Positions 56,426-64,000 of a stretch of 64,000 nt of DNA are shown piece after piece. The stretch covers positions 434,001 through 498,000 of the forward strand of contig OZ025677.1 in assembly GCA_964019335.1 (NCBI GenBank), given 5' to 3'. How positions within the stretch are numbered: the first letter of the stretch is position 1; each line of letters opens with the position of its first letter. This DNA is from Diplonema japonicum (Eukaryota; Protista; Euglenozoa: Diplonemea). A model generated the notes under the pieces. That model saw only the letters and a program-made list of their open reading frames with translations. It searched no databases and was not told the DNA's origin. The position numbers and the translations under genes are program-made.

Positions 56426-56739
56426 TAAGTCTACATTGTCATTGTTGATTCACACGAGCAAAAAAAAAGCCAAACACGCGTGCAAGGCTCAGGGTGTCCA
56501 ACCCATACGCCACACTTCATGTACCAGCATAGAGAACATGGATCTTAACTGTGCAGCTGTTGTAAGTAGACTTTCTTTTTTTTTTTTTTTTCTTCTTAAA
56601 TATTTTGGCTCAACTCTTTTGGAGAAAAAGAAAAGTGTAAATTCCTGATACGATTCATTGTATGTTGAGTTTGCCCCTTTTCTTCTTCTTCTTCTTTTTG
56701 TTACAAATATTCATCTTTTCACAAAAAAAAAAAAAAAAA

Positions 56740-57884
56740 CTATTCGTTTAAGGTATGCGTTTTTGCGCTCACCGGCCGAGCTGCGCTTAGTCCCCGTTGT
56801 CCCCGTTCTGGGGGCTCTGGCGGGTTCCTCCTACTGCGGTGGTCATACTGCGGGGCAGCCTTGTCGGTGTCTGCGACAGGTACCTGTCCCGCAAGCCTTC
56901 GATGCTACTCATGGTTCGTTCAGGGAGTACTGGCCTCCTGTCATACCCGTGTGTGGTCGGTCCTCCGATACAGCGTAGGGAGTTGACGCGCTCCACTCGC
57001 GCCGCTGGGAACGCTACCCCTCTGCCATCAGCGTGGTACAGGTCCTGGACTCGTCTCAGCACATACCGTAGCCTCCTTGCCTTGACGCCCAGGTCCTCCA
57101 CCTTGCCCACTTCCCCGCCGTCGTCCAGCGGCAGCTCCATCTCCCTCTCGAAGTCGAGGGCCAGCTCTAACGTCGTCACCGCCGTGTGCCGACCAGGCGC
57201 GTCATCCCACAGCAGGCCTCCCAACCACCTCAGCACCGGCCTCAGCAGCTTGTCCATCACTGTTCCTGACGCTCCCAGCCTTCGTAGCTCAGACACCGTC
57301 GGCGTCGGGTGCGCCCTCCCCGTCACGACCGCCCGCCACGGGTAAGCTTGTGTCTGCAGTGCGCGGTTCGCATCCACCGCTGCATCCCTCCGCGTGACTA
57401 CCTCCAGCAGGTACTTCTGCACCGGTAAGGCCCTTGGCTTGTCTTGGCAGCCTCTGGGCACCACCCCATGGAGCCTCGTCGCCTTCGGCATAGCTGCCGG
57501 GTCCAGGTTCGCGTACTCCATCTTGCTCCGCACCGCGTCACCCGGCTCGCATCGCCAGAGGGCGTGTTCCAGCACCTCCGTGTAGCTGCCGAACCGTTCC
57601 TCACACACGTCGCAGAGGTGCTGCAGCGGGTTGTTCGGTTCCTGCGCCACGCCCCGCGCTCCCGGGTAGACCGCAAACACCGCTCCTGCAATCAGCCTCC
57701 TCAATCGGTACGCCGCCACTGGGTTGCCCGAGAGTGACCTCCACCACACGTTCGTGTCCGGGTCGGCTCCTTCCGGCATGCCGTCGTAGGAGTCCCTCCC
57801 GTCTGCTAGCTCGGCTGCCGTCATGGCCCTCGCCACCCGACGGATCTCGTGCTTGCGCTCGCGTTCCGGCATGGCACCCAGCAG
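56740..57884 (-). mobile_element. 5'-truncated LINE with uninterrupted C-terminal ORF (56787-57872)
   Basis: CDVC...HALWRC zinc knuckle, TTLELALDFE, GGPTTHGYDRRP; GC-rich; bounded by A runs. Confidence 0.75.
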
Positions 57885-58006
57885 AAAAAAAAAAAAAAAG
57901 CCGATCAAAATAAAAAAGTTTTGGAATTCTTTTTTTTTTGCTCTAACAACAAAGACATGCAGCCGTAAAGAAAGTTTATATATGTTTTTTTTTTTTTTTT
58001 TCCTTC

Positions 58007-58009
<3 letters not shown>

Positions 58010-58070
<61 letters not shown>
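58010..58070. repeat. (GA)n microsatellite
   Basis: Direct inspection. Confidence 0.95.
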
Positions 58071-58072
<2 letters not shown>

Positions 58073-58201
58073 AGAAAATTGAAATAGAAAAAGCGAGAAA
58101 GAGAGAGCGTCTTTTTGGAAATCTATTCTTTTTTAGCCTCCTGTTTTCTTTTTTTTTTTCCCCTTAAAAAAACCCCCCTTGTTTTTTTCATTTTTTTTTT
58201 T

Positions 58202-58489
58202 TCAAAGTATCCATTCAGGGTCTTGCAGAAGGTACTTTAAGTTCACGCTGTTCTCGGCCTTTAACGTTGCCTCCATCATGTGCACGGCCTTGTAGACCTT
58301 CTTCATTTCTTGAATGGTTTTCCGTGGCGAGGAGCAGACCTCTTCAGCGTCCGTCTCCCAGTCACCGTCGGTACTGCTCCTGCTGCTCCTTCTGCAGCTG
58401 CTCACGGTTGAATACCCTGAACCCGATCCGTTGTAAATCATCTTCATCTGTTGCATTGTCTCCTCTTTGGTCATAGAACGTCCCACCAT
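58202..58489 (-). CDS. Small hypothetical protein (95 aa)
   Basis: Coding-like composition between low-complexity flanks; same strand as the other genes; internal repeat T(M/I)Q(Q/E)MK.(I/V)Y. Confidence 0.55.
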   Translation of the reverse strand: MVGRSMTKEETMQQMKMIYNGSGSGYSTVSSCRRSSRSSTDGDWETDAEEVCSSPRKTIQEMKKVYKAVHMMEATLKAENSVNLKYLLQDPEWIL

Positions 58490-59024
58490 CGTTAGCGTAT
58501 TTAACTTTCTTCTCTCCTTTTCTTCGCTGTGGTGAGGGGTGGGGGGGGTTTTTTTTTTTGTGTGTGGGGAACTCAAACCGGCTGGTGTTATGGGATTTTT
58601 AAAACCATGGCCCCCCGCCTGAAGAAAGAAGAAACTGGCAACGGAAACCCCCTGTAACATTTGTTCCAGTTCGAAATAAACGGGTGTTGTAACCTTAGCC
58701 GCCGTGATGCCGTGGGCGACGATATTTCTTTAGGTACCTTGAGCATGTGGTTCGTGAAGCGCCTTTTTTCGCTTCCGGGATTTGTCACTCCGGTATTTTT
58801 CTCCCCGAAATTTTTCGCCTTACGGTATTCCGTGCGCACAAACAAATGAAGCGCCAAACTACTTTTTTTTTCTTCTTTTTTTTTTCTTTTTTTTTTTTTT
58901 TTGCAGTTTTCAGGGAGTTTCTAAGGGCCAAATTTGCATTCTGGAACTAGACGGCCCAGTCACGGCAGAATTGTAAAAATGTAATAATAATATAAATAAA
59001 AAAAAAAATAAAAAAAAAAAAAAT

Positions 59025-60149
59025 TCAATACGCTCCCTCATTCAGCATGTCATACACCTCATCATACTGCTTGTACTTAGCATGGTTCGCAGGTGTCTCA
59101 TTGTTGTTGTCCACGGCATCTCTATCGGCACCGGCCTCAAGAAGAGTAGCGACGATTGTCTCAAAACCCCGCCTCGCAGCGTAGTGTAGAGGTGTCCACC
59201 CACTGACGTCAGCAGGGCTGCACAACGCACCGTGAGAAAGAAGCAGCCTGCAAATAGGGTCATGGTTGCTCCTAACAGCCAGGTGGAGTGGGAGAACACC
59301 ATCGTTATTCTTCGCATTCACGTCCGCACCCCTGTCGAGAAACAACTCGCAAAGCTCGAGGTGTTCCTTTTCACACACCGCATGCAGGGGTGTAGTACCA
59401 TACATATCCTTAACACCTACATCAGCGCCGTACGAAAGAACAAGCATCTCGCACAACCTCTCATTCTTCTCCCTCGCTGCAAGGTACAATGCTGTTCTGT
59501 GCTTTACATCGACTTCTTCAACACGAGCACCGTTCTGAAGAAGATGCACGGCAGCCTCATCATTGCAAAATTCCGAGGCAATCATCAACGGAGTCTGCCC
59601 AGCTACATTCTTGACGTGTACATCGCACCCATGTGATATAAGCATTTCAGGCGAATCGTGACGGCAGATATGGTGCAGTGCTGTGTCCCCGTTGCAATCG
59701 AATGAGTTGATGTCGAGGTCATCTTGTGGTGTGGAGGTTAGAACGACTTCAACAGCGTGAATATCGTCAGCCGCAAAGACGTAAAGGGGAGGTGCCGTGC
59801 CGGCTTCGCATAGAAGCCTGAGCTGCGGTAGGTACTTCTCGTCCGAGCTGTGTGTCTGTAGCTCTCCTGAATCGATTTCGGATTCGGTGTAGTCATGGTC
59901 GCGTCTTAAGGACTCCTTTGCGGCAGAACGTCGGGATGGTGTGGCGTGCAACGCTTCACCTGAACAGAGGGGTGTGTCTGAGACTGCATGACCGCCTTCT
60001 AGTTCGATGCCGTCGTGTGTTATGGTGAAGTCCTTTGAACTCATGTTGATTGCTGTTGCCACGCGTTGCTTCAATTCGTTGACCGTTTCGCAGGGTGCGA
60101 GGTCGATGGACGTGCTGGATCCGCCTGGAAGCAGGATGTGAACCGTCAT
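59025..60149 (-). CDS. Ubiquitin-like domain + ankyrin-repeat protein
   Basis: N-terminal UBL (ETVNELKQRV...ITHDGIEL); multiple G.TPLH.A ankyrin repeats. Confidence 0.92.
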   Translation of the reverse strand: MTVHILLPGGSSTSIDLAPCETVNELKQRVATAINMSSKDFTITHDGIELEGGHAVSDTPLCSGEALHATPSRRSAAKESLRRDHDYTESEIDSGELQTHSSDEKYLPQLRLLCEAGTAPPLYVFAADDIHAVEVVLTSTPQDDLDINSFDCNGDTALHHICRHDSPEMLISHGCDVHVKNVAGQTPLMIASEFCNDEAAVHLLQNGARVEEVDVKHRTALYLAAREKNERLCEMLVLSYGADVGVKDMYGTTPLHAVCEKEHLELCELFLDRGADVNAKNNDGVLPLHLAVRSNHDPICRLLLSHGALCSPADVSGWTPLHYAARRGFETIVATLLEAGADRDAVDNNNETPANHAKYKQYDEVYDMLNEGAY

Positions 60150-61138
60150 CTTTCTTTTTTTTTTTCTTCTTTTTTACCGGATTTGTACTTATATTGTTAT
60201 GTGAAAAGTCCCAAATTGGGCAAAAAATTCGAAAAAGGTACATAATATTTACAGAACACCATTAAAACAGAACATAAAATTTACAAAAATAAAAGAAATC
60301 CCAGAAAATATCCCTAAAAATAAAAAATCCCAAGACAAAAACAAAATACCCCCAGCCGGACGGGCAGACCCTCCCGCGGGTGCTCGTGTCATGCTCACCA
60401 GAGCATTCCGTCCTGGTCTCTCCTTTCTAATCTGCTTGAGGGTTGCGCTGCAGTTGGGGCAGGGCACGTTGTTCGTTCACTGGCTTGGGTCACCTGGCTT
60501 GGTGCCGCTGCTTGGCTTGGGCCGAGGCTTCTTGGTCAGGCACTTCTGCAAAAGTTTTTTTTTTTTTAATTCCACTTCCTTTTCGACTTGCTAAGGCCGC
60601 ACCCACTGGTGGGTTAGAAGTGTCCCTAGACGCTCACACTTCTCGAACCAGCCCGGGGGCGGAGGGCCAGGCGAGGGTGCAGGACGTCCTCAGTGGACGG
60701 GGGGAGATCGTTAAAAAGGTAAGCGAACCCTGCCCGGATTGTGATTTCTGTTAGCTTGCGGTAAGCCTCGACACTCCAGGCAAGAATAAAAGGACGCATA
60801 ATCTTTGTCCTTTTGTCAACCTCTAGCATTGCTGATTTTGCAATCTGTGAAGGTGTTGGGGCAGCAGGGGAGGCCACGGGGCTGGCAACAGAAGCAACGG
60901 GACCAGCAACAACAGAAGCTCCAGGCGCGGCAACAGGACTAACGGGAACAGAAGCCGGACCAGCAGAAGTAAGAAGGCTTCTCTTCTGTCTTTTCCGCTA
61001 TTTCTTTATCTGGGCCTTCAGGGCGTCCGCGTACCTTGTTTTGAAAATGGAAACCAAAAAGTAGATCTTGTATACCACAAACGTGACTTTGATTTTAATG
61101 GGGCCTGTCCTGGGGGGGAATCAGGCCAAAAATAATAA

Positions 61139-62025
61139 AAATAGTTTTTTATTTAACTCCACCAAAATTTTCTTGGGTGAAAATAAAAATTCACTTTATT
61201 TCACTCCTGACTTTATTTTCACGCTTCGGCTTCTAAAAGAAATTAGGCCCAGGAGTGAAAAAATTCTGATAGCGTTAAAATAAGAAATATTATTTCACTC
61301 CTGGGCCTAATTTAAGCAAAACCCTCCAAAGATTCCTACCAAGGTTCCTTTGGGATGGGCAAGAACCCGACTGCACAAGAGGCGGACGCAGCAGAGTTCA
61401 CCCCCTTCCAAGAGTCATACGAAAAGGAGTGGGCACGCTTTTGTGTGTTTCATAATTATAGGAAGGAAAAGAAGGGCCCGTCCGAAAGAAGAGGATTCTA
61501 TTCTCTATTTCAGCGACATGAACAAGCAAGGCCTGCTGCCAGTTCAGTCCGGACGGTCCCTTATTCAAGGCTAAACTCGGTTGTGAAGAGGAATTACAAC
61601 AAGCAGTTGCACGACCACCCCCGACTAAAGGTCCCCCTCAAGAGGTTCCAAGAAGGCAAGTCAACAAAAAAGGCAAACATCTTTACCCAAGAGCAAATAA
61701 CAGAATTCTTTAGCACCGAGGTATGGCATCGTCCGCCACGCTTATGCAGCGTTGATGTCCGCAGGAACATGTGCACTACCGAGGCACATATCCGACACCT
61801 GTTGTAATTGGTACCACCTGTACCTCCCACCCACTTAAATTTTGCTGTCGTTAAATAAAATATCGTATTTGTGAATATAAAATTGATGATTTCACTTGTG
61901 GTGGCAGTTTTGACTCGTTAAACGTTATAACACTCGCTTCGCTCGTGAAGTAATTACCTCACTCGTCAAAACCACTGCCACCACGCGTGAAATCATAGGA
62001 TCTTATACTCACTAAATAAATAGTT
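61139..62025 (+). mobile_element. Crypton-like tyrosine-recombinase transposon, internally deleted
   Basis: 8-bp terminal direct repeat aaatagtt (61139, 62018), no TIR, long 3' hairpin at ~61887-61995, recombinase-like N-terminal ORF. Confidence 0.65.
61355..61807 (+). pseudogene. N-terminal (core-binding) fragment of a Crypton-type tyrosine recombinase
   Basis: YEKEWARF...YSRLNSVVK...HPRLKVPLKRFQEGKSTKKANIFTQEQITEFF resembles the segment preceding the catalytic domain in Crypton recombinases. The catalytic domain is missing. Confidence 0.6.
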
Positions 62026-62384
62026 ATTGTATTGTTCTGTAAAAAGTCCCAAGTTGGGTCCAAACCCGAAAAAGGTACATAATTTATACAGCACACTAAA
62101 TCCCCAGACCATTATTAAACTGAACAATATAAATACAAATCCGGTACTTTCTCCCCCAAAGGTTTGTATGCTTGTTTCCAGCAGTTATTTTTTTCGCCTA
62201 GCAGAAGAAAAATGGTAAAATATGAAAAAGAATATAAGGGGGGGGGAGAGAGAGAGAGAGAAAGATAAGAAGAAAAAAAGAGAAGAAAAAAAAGACAGAG
62301 AAAGAGAAGAGAGGAGCCACGGGAAAAAAAAAAAAATAAAATAAAAAGCTTTTTTTCTTCTTTCTAAAGAAATAAGAAATGAAA

Positions 62385-62430
<46 letters not shown>

Positions 62431-63217
62431 CAGAGAAAATGGCAGGACGTATTTCTTTCTTTTTTTTTTTCTTCACTGTGAAATTATGGTGGATCAGGGG
62501 GCCACGCAGTTACCCCTTTTGGCAACAGCCTCTTGGACAAAGAAAAAAATAAACCAACTTCTTCGTCCAAACAACGCTAGGGCTTCTCACCTCCTGAGGG
62601 GTCTGGAACTTAATGTATTCAGATCACTCGTTCGGTGTTGCTCTTGGCGACAATTCTTCTGCTCCATATATCTAGGGAACTTTTTATCTCTCTTTTTTTT
62701 TTCTCTCGTTTCTCCCCTCTTACCACCCTCACACTTGCAATGCAAAAAAAAAAAAAAAAGGGGGAGAAAAAGAAATCACTATGATGGGGGGAGAAGTGTT
62801 AGCAACTACCCACCGGGAAAAAAGAAAAAAAAAAAAAAAAAAGAAGAAGAAAAATATTATCAAACAAGTGGAGAGAGGGGAAAAGGTGGGGGTGGGAGTC
62901 TGATAGGGTTACGGGTGGGAGATGGAGGAAAGGGACTTTTTTTTTTTCCTCATAATTCCCTTTTCTTTTTTCTTTTTCTTCTTTTTTCTCTCTCCCTTTT
63001 TCTTTCTTTCCGTCGGGGCCAGTGTAAAAAAAAGGAGAAAAAAAAAAGAAATCCATCATTCTCTTTACAAATCCTTAGCTCAGGGGTCATCACGTGAAAT
63101 AAGTGCTTCCCCCCCCCCCCCTCCCCACCCTTTTTTGCTTTTTTTTTTTGCTTTGTTTTTTCTTTCTTCCATGTTTCATTTTTTTTCTCTTTAAGTTTGT
63201 TCACACTAAACGTAGTT

Positions 63218-63219
63218 TT

Positions 63220-63303
<84 letters not shown>
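63218..63303. repeat. (TTTC)n microsatellite
   Basis: Direct inspection. Confidence 0.95.
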
Positions 63304-64000
63304 TTTTTCTTTTCTTTTTTTTTTCCCCCTATTCTTTCTTTCTGTTCTTACCTGCTGTGTTGCGACAGCTCTTTAAAAAAAGAAAAACTCGTGTTGCTGC
63401 TCTGTATGCCTCGGTAAAAGAAACCGGGCACAAGACAGGAGGGGGGGGGGGGGGGGGGGGGGGGTCAAAATAGGTTTAAAAGGGGAATAAAATGCCATAT
63501 TTTGCGCAAGACATCATTAGGAAACAGCCCTTGAAGAGAAGGTGGAAGGTAAAGTACGACTACTGACCACATCAAGCCACCCCTCACCAGATCACATGAG
63601 GCACTCACGACACCCCAGGCGAATATACGTTGCACCGTTGGAAATTTTCTCTTTGCAACATTTCTGGTGAACTTCCGGCCCTGTTTTACCCTATATTCTG
63701 TTATGCAAAAAAGAAAATGGATTTATTTTCCCCCATTGACCCCCACAGTGCACCCGGATGGATTTTGGTCGGGAACTTCGTGGGCATCATTTCTTTCATT
63801 TTTTTTTTTTTTTTTTTCCAACGAAAAAAACCCAACTCAGAAAACTGCCCCATTATCCTGATGTCCATTATCCTAATCAGATGCATTCATGCATGAAATG
63901 TGGGAGGAGGGAGGGGGCGAAATACTGTAAAAACAGGGATTAAAAAAAAAAAAAAAACGATCTTTTAACGTCAAGGCTACCAAAGTGTACCATAAAGTAC

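Larger units (their letters stand above)
60177..62144 (-). mobile_element. TA-flanked Tc/pogo-like element (decayed) hosting a nested Crypton-like element
   Basis: TA|ccggatttgtacttat ... ataaatacaaatccgg|TA; arms match MITE 7998-8359. Confidence 0.75.

Overview
Eukaryotic nuclear DNA, almost certainly a diplonemid (Euglenozoa). A near-perfect diplonemid-type spliced-leader (SL) exon lies at 50559-50596. All 15 credible protein genes are on the minus strand (a polycistronic-style cluster), and at least one short canonical GT-AG cis intron is present. Genes: a >1514-aa ZZ-like/MIB-HERC2/SPRY repeat protein missed by the ORF track, a CadD/LysE-like membrane protein, a beta-helix protein, a triple SGNH protein, UBL+propeller, two vWA-CaaX paralogs, a pseudokinase-LRR-dual-specificity phosphatase, a WD40 protein, a GT77-like glycosyltransferase, a metacaspase, an apparently circularly permuted GH18-like barrel, a GH65 enzyme, a small unknown ORF and UBL-ankyrin. 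Intergenic DNA is a patchwork of homopolymer runs and decayed mobile elements: two piggyBacs, a hAT derivative, TA-flanked Tc/pogo-like elements, LINE 3' fragments, Crypton-like tyrosine-recombinase elements with long terminal hairpins, and two dispersed short repeat families. Best leads: a solitary SL-RNA-like copy fused to a dispersed repeat, a strictly strand-biased ~125-bp repeat that could donate trans-splice signals, Crypton-like elements (one carrying a tRNA-like Pol III unit), and the permuted glycoside-hydrolase barrel. All family calls come from motif recognition by eye; no searches were run.
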